NCBI GenBank assembly: GCA_965208615.1
Contig: CBDBPB010000001.1
Coordinates: 224,001 to 288,000, forward strand
From: Spirochaetota bacterium
GTDB taxonomy: Bacteria; Spirochaetota; UBA6919; CBDBPB01
DNA length: 64,000 nucleotides
Reading direction: 5' to 3'
Numbering within the stretch: the stretch's first letter is position 1; the number at the start of each line of letters is the position of its first letter. The notes under the pieces were generated by a model, which was not told the origin of the DNA, did not search any database, and worked only from the letters and a program-made list of their open reading frames with translations. Below are positions 52,739 through 62,148 of this stretch, piece after piece. The translations under genes were made by a program, and so were the position numbers.

Positions 52739-55168
52739 CTAGTTAGGATTATCCTCCTTTTCTGTACTGGATACAGCTACAACAAAATCATTATCCTTAA
52801 CATTAACAAGCCTAACACCAGATGCAGTCCTACCAAAACTTGATATACCCTTTACAGCAGTCTTAATAACCATACCCTGTGAAGTTATAATAACAACTTC
52901 TTCGTCAAGAGTAACGGCATGTACAGTAGCCACATCACCAGTTTTTTTATTTACACCAAGATATATTTGTCCAGCAGTACCCCTACCGTGAGCCTGTAAA
53001 GTACTAAACCTAGTTAATTTACCATAACCGTTTTTACTAACAATAAGTAAACGCTTATTACTAGATACACGCTCCATACCAATAACCTCATTACCTTTTT
53101 TCATACGTATACCAATAACTCCCCTTGCGGCCCTACCCATTTCTCTAATATCATTTTCCCTAAGCCTAAGGGCAAGACCCTTTTTAGTACAAAGAACTAT
53201 ATCAGATTTTCCATTACTAAGAACTGCAGATATAAGTAAATCGCCCTCATCAAGATTCATAGCCTTAATACCCCTTGTACGAGCATTAACAAAATCCCTA
53301 ATAACGCATCTTTTTATAATACCGTTTTTAGTAACTAATATAATAGGCCTATTTTCATTATAGTCCTTAACGGGTACATAAGCCTTAACAACCTCACCCT
53401 CATTAAGCTGTAATAATATTTTAATACTCCTGCCTCTTGTTGTACGACCACTTTCTGGTATTTCGTGTACTTTAATATAAAAAGTACGACCATAATTAGT
53501 GAAAAACATTATATAGTCGTGAGTGGATGCCACAAGTAAATGTTCAATATAGTCATCCTGTTTTACGTTTGCACCGGATACACCCACACCACCACGTTTT
53601 TGCTTTTTATACGTGCTAACAGGTAATCGCTTTATATAACCACCAATGGATATGGTTACAACATTATCCTCTTTAACAATTAAGTCCTCAGTCTCAAATG
53701 AGTCTAATGATGGAACAATTTTAGTACATCTTTTAGTTTTATATTTTGACTTCATTTCTAAAAGTTCATCTTTCATAATGCGGTATTGAATGTCATCACT
53801 ATCTAGAATGGCCTTTAGCTCTTTTATTAGCATTAACAGCTTATCATATTCCTCTTGGATTTTACCATGCTCTAATGCAGTTAAACGCTGTAAACGCATA
53901 TCAAGGATAGCCTGAGCCTGTATTTCAGTAAGGCTAAAATTATTAATAAGTCCGTTACGAGCAATATTAGCATTATCACTAGCCCTAATAAGTGCTATTA
54001 TTTTATCAATATTGGCTAAAGCAATAAGAAGGCCTTCTAATATATGGGCACGTTTTTCAGCTTTATTAAGGTCAAAGTTAGTTCTGCGTATTATTACTTC
54101 TTTTCTATGAGCAACATAATTAGTTATAACTTCTTTTAAATTGAGAACTTTTGGCTGATTGTCCACAAGAGCAAGCATAATAATACCAAATACACTTTGT
54201 AAGCTAGTATGAGAGTATAACAGATTTAATATTATTTTTGTATTAGCTCCTTTTTTAATCTCTATAACAATACGCATACCGGTTCTGTCGGACTCATCTC
54301 TTATATCACTGATCCCCTCTATTTTTTTATCCTTAACCAAGGATGCAATTTTAATAATCAAATCAGCCTTATTGACCTGATAAGGTATCTCAGTAATGAT
54401 TAAAGCTTCTCTATCGTTTTTAAAGATCTCCACATCCACTTTAGCTCTAACAGTTACCTTCCCTCTTCCAGTTAGGTATGCAGAAGAAATACCTTCCTTT
54501 CCATAAATTATACCATAAGTAGGAAAGTCAGGTCCCTTAATATAAGTCATAAGTTTTTCAACGAGAATATCCTTATCATCAATGACAGCACAAACACCAT
54601 CAATAACCTCAGCCAAGTTATGGGGAGGTATATTAGTAGCCATTCCCACAGCAATTCCAGTACTACCATTAACTAATAAGTTAGGCACTCCAGCAGGCAG
54701 TACAACAGGCTCATGCAAGCTATCATCAAAGTTTAACTGGGTGTTTACAGTTTCTTTTTCTATGTCCCTTAGGAGTTCCATAGAGTAGTTGGTCATTCGA
54801 GCTTCAGTATACCTCATAGCGGCAGGCATATCACCGTCTACAGAGCCGTAATTACCCTGTCCATCTATTAATAAGCTTCTCATAGAAAAGGTTTGTCCCA
54901 TTCTAACAAGAGCATTATATACAGCCGCATCACCATGAGGATGAAATTTACCTAAAACTTCTCCGACTATTCTAGCCGATTTTTTATAAGCTTTACTTGG
55001 TATAATGCCCATTTCATTCATTGCATATAGTATACGTCGGTGTACAGGTTTTAAGCCGTCTCTAACATCAGGCAAAGCTCTACTTATTATGACGCTCATG
55101 GCATAAGTTATATAAGAGTCTTTCATTTCGACTTCAATTGGTATTAGTATTACATTTCCGTTAGACAA
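52739..55168 (-). CDS. gyrA: DNA gyrase subunit A
   Basis: [34 protein letters not shown], GyrA-box QKRGGVG, C-terminal beta-pinwheel. Confidence 0.97.
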   Translation of the reverse strand: MSNGNVILIPIEVEMKDSYITYAMSVIISRALPDVRDGLKPVHRRILYAMNEMGIIPSKAYKKSARIVGEVLGKFHPHGDAAVYNALVRMGQTFSMRSLLIDGQGNYGSVDGDMPAAMRYTEARMTNYSMELLRDIEKETVNTQLNFDDSLHEPVVLPAGVPNLLVNGSTGIAVGMATNIPPHNLAEVIDGVCAVIDDKDILVEKLMTYIKGPDFPTYGIIYGKEGISSAYLTGRGKVTVRAKVDVEIFKNDREALIITEIPYQVNKADLIIKIASLVKDKKIEGISDIRDESDRTGMRIVIEIKKGANTKIILNLLYSHTSLQSVFGIIMLALVDNQPKVLNLKEVITNYVAHRKEVIIRRTNFDLNKAEKRAHILEGLLIALANIDKIIALIRASDNANIARNGLINNFSLTEIQAQAILDMRLQRLTALEHGKIQEEYDKLLMLIKELKAILDSDDIQYRIMKDELLEMKSKYKTKRCTKIVPSLDSFETEDLIVKEDNVVTISIGGYIKRLPVSTYKKQKRGGVGVSGANVKQDDYIEHLLVASTHDYIMFFTNYGRTFYIKVHEIPESGRTTRGRSIKILLQLNEGEVVKAYVPVKDYNENRPIILVTKNGIIKRCVIRDFVNARTRGIKAMNLDEGDLLISAVLSNGKSDIVLCTKKGLALRLRENDIREMGRAARGVIGIRMKKGNEVIGMERVSSNKRLLIVSKNGYGKLTRFSTLQAHGRGTAGQIYLGVNKKTGDVATVHAVTLDEEVVIITSQGMVIKTAVKGISSFGRTASGVRLVNVKDNDFVVAVSSTEKEDNPN

Positions 55169-55318
55169 TATTTTACTCCAATTTATATAAGTTACAAAGG
55201 GTAGAAGTTAATAGAGATAAATATAATTAAATTAGACTAAACTGAAAATAAATTAATGTTTTTGATATTGATGTTATAAAGGTATTTCGATGTAGACCTT
55301 GTATAGGCATTTATATAA

Positions 55319-55390
55319 GTTATGTTACTGGTTGTTCTAATAGTGTATATCAAAAAGACTTTAGGGAACTTATATATCTAAAAACTAAAA
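55319..55390. repeat. Dispersed repeat family B, inverted diverged copy
   Basis: Reverse complement reads ..TTTTTAGATATATAA...CTTTTTGATATACACTATTAGAACAACCAGTAACATAAC. Confidence 0.7.
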
Positions 55391-55494
55391 TAATTAGTAA
55401 GACCCCAGCCCAATGCTTTTTATAAAATGTAAATAAGAAATTGCAGTATGGAATGAATACTAAATTCTTAAAAGGTATGTCTATTTTTATCGAA

Positions 55495-55728
55495 TTATTT
55501 TATTATATCCCTTACTACTAACATTAGTATACCAACTAGTATGCTCGTTATCATTGCAACTATTATTTTCATCATACCTTTTAGTTCTGATATATCTTGC
55601 TTTAACTCAAGCTTGACATCCTTAATCTCGTTTTTAAGCTTCTCTACTTTGACATCAGTAATCTCAGCTTCGTGTATCTGGCTAGTAACTTCTCTTTTTA
55701 TCTCTTGCTTTAACTCTTCACTTATCAT
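55495..55728 (-). CDS. Small coiled-coil protein with C-terminal TM anchor (Bdr/DUF1640-like architecture), copy 1
   Basis: EIKDVKLELKQDISELKG heptads followed by a hydrophobic tail; GAGG RBS. Confidence 0.7.
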   Translation of the reverse strand: MISEELKQEIKREVTSQIHEAEITDVKVEKLKNEIKDVKLELKQDISELKGMMKIIVAMITSILVGILMLVVRDIIK

Positions 55729-55787
55729 CTTTGCCTCTTCTGGAAATGAATACTAAATTCTTAAGAGGTATATCTATTTTTATCGAA

Positions 55788-56075
55788 TTATTTTATTATA
55801 TCCCTTACTACTAACATTAATATACCAATTAGTATGCTTGTTATCATTGCAATTATTATTTTCATCATACCTTTTAGTTCTGATACGTCTTGCTTAACAC
55901 TTGATATTTTATTGTCGAGCTTATTTTCTATTGCTTTTAATTCTACTCTTAGTCTTGATTCAACTCCAGTTATCTCATTTTTAAGCTTTTCTACTTTAAT
56001 GTCAGTGATCTCAGCTTCGTGGATTTGGTTAGTAACTTCTCTTTTTATCTCTTGCTTTAACTCTTCACTTATTAT
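55788..56075 (-). CDS. Tandem copy 2 of the coiled-coil/TM protein (95 codons; ATA where copy 1 has ATG)
   Basis: Manual translation IISEELKQEIKREVTNQIHEAEITDIKVEKLKNEITGVESRLRVELKAIENKLDNKISSVKQDVSELKGMMKIIIAMITSILIGILMLVVRDIIK*; 18 codons longer than copy 1. Confidence 0.65.
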   Translation of the reverse strand: MISEELKQEIKREVTNQIHEAEITDIKVEKLKNEITGVESRLRVELKAIENKLDNKISSVKQDVSELKGMMKIIIAMITSILIGILMLVVRDIIK

Positions 56076-56235
56076 CTTTGCCTCTTCTGAAAATGCTTGC
56101 GGCTTTATAGTGAGAGTGTAGATACTCTTCTATTGCAAGCTTGATTAGCATTTAATGAATTCTTCCTTTTTGAGTTTATTTATGAAGTATAACATAAGTT
56201 GCCTTGTGTCTTTATCGATTACGACTATCTTTTAT
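56065..56235 (-). pseudogene. Possible decayed ribbon-helix-helix regulator gene
   Basis: KIVVIDKDTRQLMLYFINKLKKEEFIK, then after a frameshift MLIKLAIEEYLHSH; GAGGTG RBS-like site near 56255-56260 and TTGACT-17-TATATT at 56282-56310. Confidence 0.4.
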
Positions 56236-56323
56236 TTGTCTATTTTGTTAATTACACCTCTAACTTAATTACTATATTGTAAATATAGTATAATCTGTTA
56301 ATTTAGTCAATTCTATGTTATTA

Positions 56324-56819
56324 ATTGTTCTAGTAGTTAGGTACGGTTGAAACAAAGATATAAAAATATAATTTATTGGCCCCACAGCTAGTTTCAATTC
56401 CTTATAGGTACGGTTAAAACAACCAGCCTAAAAATCTATGACGCTTTTGAATCTTGTGTTTCAATTCCTTATAGGTACGGTTAAAACTACAAGCATATAG
56501 AGATAGATTAAGGTATAGATATTCGTTTCAATTCCTTATAGGTACGGTTAAAACCCAGTTTCTTTAATTGTAATGCCCATGTTGAAAATCTGTTTCAATT
56601 CCTTATAGGTACGGTTAAAACCATTATCGATTTTTGAGATCAGTGATTCTATTCTACGTTTCAATTCCTTATAGGTACGGTTAAAACTTGATTGCATTCG
56701 CATTCACATTCATCATCATCGTTAGTTTCAATTCCTTATAGGTACGGTTAAAACGAGTTAGTCACCGCCGTTATAACTAGCTAGCCTCTGTTTCAATTCC
56801 TTATAGGTACGGTTAAAAC
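56324..56819 (-). CRISPR. CRISPR array: 7 identical 30-bp repeats, 1 partial terminal repeat, 7 spacers of 35-37 bp
   Basis: GTTTCAATTCCTTATAGGTACGGTTAAAAC at 56391, 56458, 56525, 56592, 56658, 56725 and 56790; partial repeat ending 56353. The minus strand reads GTTTTAACCGTACCTATAAGGAATTGAAAC (ATTGAAAC handle typical of class 1, often I-B/III). Confidence 0.98.
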
Positions 56820-56964
56820 CCATTTACAACTTATAATATAACAATAAGTTATAATATACATTTCTTAAATTTATTCCCAAACCTCCGATAGTGTATTTTA
56901 AATAATTAATAACAAATAATAGCTAACACCATAGGTTTAAATAAAACTATTTTTTAAAAAAAAA
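56820..56964 (-). promoter_or_regulatory. CRISPR leader
   Basis: AT-rich non-coding stretch next to the intact terminal repeat, opposite the degenerate end. Confidence 0.7.
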
Positions 56965-56965
56965 G

Positions 56966-57086
56966 CTTTCAATTCCTTAACGGTTAATACCACTCCTTTA
57001 GAAGTTTTCCCTAAAAGAAGAACTTTCAATGCTCACTTGTCCTGAATGTGCATTTATAATATAACATTAGGGGTGTAAAAAAGCAA
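56966..57086 (-). ncRNA. Candidate crRNA-like RNA (pseudo-repeat / 32-nt spacer / pseudo-repeat) with its own promoter
   Basis: Minus strand: TTGCTT-17 nt-TATATT with TGn (57086-57058), ..ATTGAAAG (57030-57023), spacer 57022-56991, GTATTAACCGTTAAGGAATTGAAAG (56990-56966). Confidence 0.65.
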
Positions 57087-57295
57087 ACCCTTTATAAAAA
57101 ATAATGGAGCGGGGAGTACAAACAGATTTTCTTTTGATTTCTCTTATCTTATTATATTATAACTATTTAAGACCTATAAAACCATAAGCCTTAGCATTTT
57201 TCTTTCATCCAAGTTTTGTCAGACTTAATTTGCGAAATTATAAACGAGTATTTTAAATACTTTACTTTATATTTACTTTTTGCGTTTACCATTTT

Positions 57296-57861
57296 TCGTA
57301 CAGGGCAAAGATGCAAGATGACATTTTATGATAATTTAATGGCTAAGAAGCTTCATATAAACGATGACATATAACGTAAAGTAGATATATTTTAGATGCC
57401 TTTGTAGAACAAGAAAGTTAAAATATTGATGAGAAAGTTATTTCCTTGTATCAAGCAGGTTATCCTTGCATACTCTTTAAGTGCTGTCTATTTGAGTTAG
57501 CAATTAACACAAAATATCACTTTTTATGCAAGTAGTCATCACTTCGAGAGCTATTAAGAATCCCTTACTGAGACTAAGAATTATACACCTTTATTAAGTG
57601 TTAAGGAATTTGCTGTTCCATAAAGACTTAAAAGGGATTATTAGAATATTATATATTGACTTTATATGTAACTTTCTATGGAAATTAAAAATAATAAAAC
57701 AGTTTATACCTATAAAAATTCATAAGCTTAGAACCTCTCTACAATAACCTAATAAAAACTTTGATAACAACATAAACTTCCCCTTTAAATAATAGCCCTT
57801 TAACACTCTCATCTCTCTTTAAAAGTTATATTGACTTTACTATTCCTTTTGCCTTGTACGA
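57296..57861. mobile_element. Repeat family A inverted copy bounded by a 14-bp imperfect inverted repeat; possible non-autonomous or decayed element
   Basis: TCGTACAGGGCAAA (57296-57309) vs TTTGCCTTGTACGA (57848-57861), 13/14; interior homologous to 47010-47413. Confidence 0.5.
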
Positions 57862-57964
57862 CTAAAAATAAGTGAATTATGATCCAAATTTCTTAATATA
57901 TTAATCTTGCTATATAAACTTTTGTTACTCTTTTTCTATAACCTATGCTATATTTTAAAAAAAC

Positions 57965-58336
57965 ATGAGGCAATTTATGAAAAATGAAAAAAATAAACAA
58001 GAAAATCATAGACCATGGGGCTATTACGAAATCCTTTCCTCAAAAGAGGATCACAAGGTTAAAAGAATTATTGTCAAACCCAATAAACGTCTAAGCCTAC
58101 AAAAACATAAATACAGATCAGAACATTGGTACATCGTTAAAGGTAATGCCGTCGTTACCCTCAATAATAATAATATACCACTAAAAATCGGCAATGCAAT
58201 AGATATTCCAAAAGGTGCCGCTCATAGAATTAGTAACCACGATAATGAAAATCTTGTTTTTATCGAAATACAAACCGGAACCTACTTCGGTGAAGACGAT
58301 ATTGAACGTCTGGAAGACGACTTTGGACGTAATTAA
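57965..58336 (+). CDS. Stand-alone mannose-6-phosphate isomerase type II C-terminal cupin
   Basis: RPWG.Y, KVKRI.V.P..RLSLQ.H..RSEHW..V.G, IEIQTG.YFGEDDI.RLEDDFGR. Confidence 0.93.
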   Translation: MRQFMKNEKNKQENHRPWGYYEILSSKEDHKVKRIIVKPNKRLSLQKHKYRSEHWYIVKGNAVVTLNNNNIPLKIGNAIDIPKGAAHRISNHDNENLVFIEIQTGTYFGEDDIERLEDDFGRN

Positions 58337-58483
58337 TTCATAAAACCTTTTATCCATAATAAAATAACTTTAATAAATTAACTTTTATAACTTTTTTAAG
58401 TTTTTTTTTAGCCACAAAAGCGTTATATTTACTACTAAGATTTTTTATTAACTATTAAGATAGCTTTTAACGGAGGGATCCCA

Positions 58484-60028
58484 ATGAGTTATATAGAATC
58501 CCTTCTTTCTTTAACTTCTCTATTAGTGATAATTACCGGTCTTGCTGTAGGTTATATAGTTCGGTTTTTAATAGAAGCAAAAACGATTAAAAGTGCCAAA
58601 AATCGAGCACGTCAACTTATTAGTAACGCTAAAAAAGGAATAGAAGTAAAAAAACGGGAGGCCATACTAGAAGGAAAAGACCAAATTATCCAAGAAAAAA
58701 AAGAATTCGAAAAAGAAAATAAAGAACGTCGTAATGAAATTCAAAAACTAGAACAGAGGATATTAAGGAAAGAAGAAAATCTTGAAAAAAGAATAGACTC
58801 AATAGAAAAAAAAGAAAAACACTTTGAACAAAAAAAACAAGAAATAATTTCAAAAGAAAAAAACTTAAATAAAAAAAAGGAGCATATTCAAAAACAACTT
58901 GAAACTATTGCTGAGCTTTCAAAAGATCAAGCTAAAGAAGTTATCATTGACCAAATAAGAGATGATACAGAAAAAGATGCTCAAAAACTAATTAGCAAAA
59001 TTGAACAAGATGCCAAAATAACCGCTGATAAAAAAGCTAAGGATATTATTATAACTTCTATACAAAGAATAGCTCCTGAAATCACTCAAGAAGCTAGTAT
59101 ATCATCGGTCTCTTTGCCAAATGACGAAATGAAAGGTAGAATAATTGGACGTGAAGGAAGAAATATTAGAGCTCTAGAAGTTACTACAGGAGTAGACATT
59201 ATTATTGATGATACTCCAGAAGCTATTATACTATCTTGCTTTGACCCAGTAAGACGAGAAAAAGCAAGAATTGCTATTGAACGCTTAATCTCTGATGGAA
59301 GAATACATCCCGCTCGAATCGAAGAAGTGGTCAAGAAGGTTAGCGACGAAATAGAAAATACAATATACGAAGAAGGAGAAAAAGCTTGCTTTGATCTCAA
59401 TATACGAGGTATATCTTATGAGCTACAAAAGTGCATTGGAAGACTTAAATACAGATATAGTTATGGACAAAATATTTTAAATCACTCAAAAGAAGTGGCT
59501 AGACTGTGTAGTCTTATGGCTTCTCAGATGAACGCTAATGTTGATAAATGCGTTAGAGGAGGACTCTTGCACGATATAGGAAAAGGTGTGGTAAATGGAG
59601 AGGGTGAACATGCTCGAATTGGTGCTGAAATCGCTCAAAAGTATGGAGAGGACAAAGTTGTGATTAATGCTATTATATCACATCATTTTGATATAGAACC
59701 TGCTTATATTGAATCCATAATCGTTCAAACAGGTGATGCTATATCCGCTTCAAGACCAGGTGCAAGGCGAGAATCCTTCGATGACTATATTAAACGGTTA
59801 ACTAATCTAGAAAATATTGCTAATGATTTTCCAGGTGTAGAAAAGGCCTTTGCCATACAAGCTGGACGAGAACTAAGAATAATTGTTAATAATGATATTG
59901 TAAATGATATAGAGGCTAAAAAAACTGCTAAAAACATTGCAAAAAGAATAGAAGATGAAATGAGATATCCAGGACAAGTTAAAGTAGCTCTCATTAGAGA
60001 AACTAGGGTTATTGAATATGCAAGGTAG
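58484..60028 (+). CDS. rny: Ribonuclease Y
   Basis: N-terminal TM, coiled coil, KH domain MKGRIIGREGRNIRA, HD domain LLHDIGK, AIQAGRELR. Confidence 0.97.
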   Translation: MSYIESLLSLTSLLVIITGLAVGYIVRFLIEAKTIKSAKNRARQLISNAKKGIEVKKREAILEGKDQIIQEKKEFEKENKERRNEIQKLEQRILRKEENLEKRIDSIEKKEKHFEQKKQEIISKEKNLNKKKEHIQKQLETIAELSKDQAKEVIIDQIRDDTEKDAQKLISKIEQDAKITADKKAKDIIITSIQRIAPEITQEASISSVSLPNDEMKGRIIGREGRNIRALEVTTGVDIIIDDTPEAIILSCFDPVRREKARIAIERLISDGRIHPARIEEVVKKVSDEIENTIYEEGEKACFDLNIRGISYELQKCIGRLKYRYSYGQNILNHSKEVARLCSLMASQMNANVDKCVRGGLLHDIGKGVVNGEGEHARIGAEIAQKYGEDKVVINAIISHHFDIEPAYIESIIVQTGDAISASRPGARRESFDDYIKRLTNLENIANDFPGVEKAFAIQAGRELRIIVNNDIVNDIEAKKTAKNIAKRIEDEMRYPGQVKVALIRETRVIEYAR

Positions 60029-60050
60029 ATTTTTATTAAAGGGGAATTAG

Positions 60051-60686
60051 TTGAAAGATTTTTATAAGGGTGATGCATGGCGAGTTTTTAGGATTATGGC
60101 TGAGTTCGTTGAAGGCTTTGAAGAGTTAAGCAGAATAAAGCCAGCTATTACTATATTTGGTTCATCTAGAACCACTACAAATAGTATATATTATAAAAAT
60201 ACCATAGAACTAGCTAAAAAACTAGCTAAAAAAGGATTCTCTATTATTACTGGTGCTGGGGCTGGTATTATGGAAGCCGCTAATAAAGGCGCTAAAGAGG
60301 CTAAGGGAAGATCTATAGGCTTAAACATACAATTGCCCCTTCAACAAAAGGCTAACTCATATATAACCGACTTAATAGAGTTTAGGCATTTTTTTGTTAG
60401 AAAAGTTATGTTTTTAAGATATGCGACTGCTACTGTCTTTGTACCTGGGGGATACGGTACTATGGATGAGCTTTTTGAAACGCTAACCTTAATACAAACT
60501 GAACGAATTGAACCTATACCTATATATGTCCTTGGAAAAGACTATTGGAACGGCCTTTTTAAGTGGATTAATGATTTTATGGTAGGTGATGGTTGTATTG
60601 ATCACAGAGATATAGAGCTTTTGACTATAACTGATGATATAAATCTAATTGTTAACGATATTTATAACCACTACAAAAGTAATTAG
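60051..60686 (+). CDS. LOG family (TIGR00730) nucleotide phosphoribohydrolase
   Basis: WRVFRIMAEFVEGFE, IFGSSR, GIMEAANKGA, FFVRKVMF, PGGYGTMDELFE. Confidence 0.93.
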   Translation: MKDFYKGDAWRVFRIMAEFVEGFEELSRIKPAITIFGSSRTTTNSIYYKNTIELAKKLAKKGFSIITGAGAGIMEAANKGAKEAKGRSIGLNIQLPLQQKANSYITDLIEFRHFFVRKVMFLRYATATVFVPGGYGTMDELFETLTLIQTERIEPIPIYVLGKDYWNGLFKWINDFMVGDGCIDHRDIELLTITDDINLIVNDIYNHYKSN

Positions 60687-60711
60687 TTTAATTTAATAAA
60701 AGGAGATAATT

Positions 60712-61038
60712 ATGACTCGTGCTAAAAAGGTAAATCGTTTTTTACTGGGAGGCAGTTTATTAGTTGGAGGTATACTTACCTTTATTGCAGGACCAATATT
60801 AAAATATATAATCGGAGGTATACTTATATTATTCGGTGTTATATCCTTATCTGACCGTAGTAATAGGATGCCTGCTATGATAAGCCTTGTATTAGGGGCT
60901 TTATTTATATCTGCTAATTTGGGAATACCTATATTGGGCGGTCTTGCTAGTAGTTCTATTTCACTTCTTGGGATATTATCTATAGCCAGTGGAGGATATA
61001 TAAGTTATAGTGCTTATAAAAAAATAAACTCTTATTAA
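60712..61038 (+). CDS. Small multi-pass membrane protein
   Basis: About four Gly-rich hydrophobic segments; AAGGAG RBS. Confidence 0.75.
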   Translation: MTRAKKVNRFLLGGSLLVGGILTFIAGPILKYIIGGILILFGVISLSDRSNRMPAMISLVLGALFISANLGIPILGGLASSSISLLGILSIASGGYISYSAYKKINSY

Positions 61039-61101
61039 GTATATTGGCCTTTTATTAAGTATTAGTAGTAATGAAAGGTAAAAAAACTATTTTTAAGAAA
61101 G

Positions 61102-62103
61102 ATGGAGGTTAGAATTATGTTTAAATACTGTTTTTTAGTCATCTCTTTTATTTTGGTGACTTTTGGTTGTGATAAGGGTACTTTTATTAGCATTGGAACA
61201 GGAGGACAAACTGGTGTTTACTATCCTGTTGGACAAAATATCTCTAAGTTAGTTAATGCTAAAGAAAGTGATTATAAGGTTAAGGCAACGGCGGAGTCTA
61301 CTGCTGGTTCTGTTTATAATATAAACACGGTTTTAAGTGGTGGTTTTCATTTTGGTATTGCTCAGTCAGACATTCAATATTTAGCTTATGAGGGACTTGG
61401 TGATTGGAAAAAAAAGGGCAAGCAAAAAGATTTAAGATCACTTTTTTCTCTTCACTCAGAGGCTCTAACATTGGTTGCATCTGTAGACAGCAAAGTAGAA
61501 AATGCTCTTGACCTAAAAGGTAAAAAAGTTAATATTGGTTTACCTGGTACTGGACATAGACGTAATGTTCAAGACCTATTAACAGCTGTTGGTCTATCAG
61601 TAAAAGATATTAATGAAAAGTCGGTTAAGCCTATAAGTTCTTCGAGGTTAGTTCAAGATGAAAGACTCGATGCTTTCTTTTATACAGTGGGACATCCTAA
61701 TGGTAGTATTAAAGAAGCAACATCAGGTAGAATAAAGGTAAAACTTATCTCTCTTGACGACTTGGTTATTAAGGCTCTAACAGATAAATATTCTTACTAT
61801 ACCAAAACTAGTATACCCAAGTCTCTATATCCAAATAGTGCCAACACTGGTGATATTAATACCATTGGTGTTAGGGCAACTTTAGTTAGCTCTAAAAAAG
61901 TTAGTGATAACCTTGCTTATATAGTTACCAAAGAGGTTTTTGAAAACTTTGATAAAGTTAAAAACTTCCACCCATCATATAAGCTATTAAAAAAGGAAGA
62001 CCTTCTTCAAGGCTTATCAGCTCCTATTCACAAGGGTGCTTTAAAGTACTATAAAGAAGCTGGTCTACTAAGTAAGATTGATAAAAAGCTAATTATAAAA
62101 TAG
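61102..62103 (+). CDS. TAXI family TRAP transporter solute-binding lipoprotein
   Basis: IGTGG.TGVYYP.G, ST.GSV.NI, AQSD, DLKGK.V.IG.PG.G, GHPNG, P.H.GA.KYYKE; true start probably ATG 61117. Confidence 0.94.
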   Translation: MEVRIMFKYCFLVISFILVTFGCDKGTFISIGTGGQTGVYYPVGQNISKLVNAKESDYKVKATAESTAGSVYNINTVLSGGFHFGIAQSDIQYLAYEGLGDWKKKGKQKDLRSLFSLHSEALTLVASVDSKVENALDLKGKKVNIGLPGTGHRRNVQDLLTAVGLSVKDINEKSVKPISSSRLVQDERLDAFFYTVGHPNGSIKEATSGRIKVKLISLDDLVIKALTDKYSYYTKTSIPKSLYPNSANTGDINTIGVRATLVSSKKVSDNLAYIVTKEVFENFDKVKNFHPSYKLLKKEDLLQGLSAPIHKGALKYYKEAGLLSKIDKKLIIK

Positions 62104-62148
62104 TATAGCTCTTCTTTATTCATTAACTGATTGGCAAATGAGGGTGTA

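Noticed and set aside
55541-56121. + strand ORFs 55541-55756 and 55834-56121
   Set aside because: Antisense shadows of the minus-strand coiled-coil/TM genes, which have the RBS and a sensible architecture
56160-56174. TTCTTCCTTTTTG as the target of the crRNA-like spacer
   Set aside because: Mismatches at positions 7 and 11 in the seed, low complexity, and not in a promoter; the 10-nt match inside flaA (~1119-1128) is likewise expected by chance
57104-57187. 27-aa hydrophobic ORF MERGVQTDFLLISLILLYYNYLRPIKP, divergent from the crRNA-like unit, as a toxin
   Set aside because: No RBS or well-spaced promoter and no spacer match upstream; such ORFs arise easily in T-rich DNA. Revisit only with expression data
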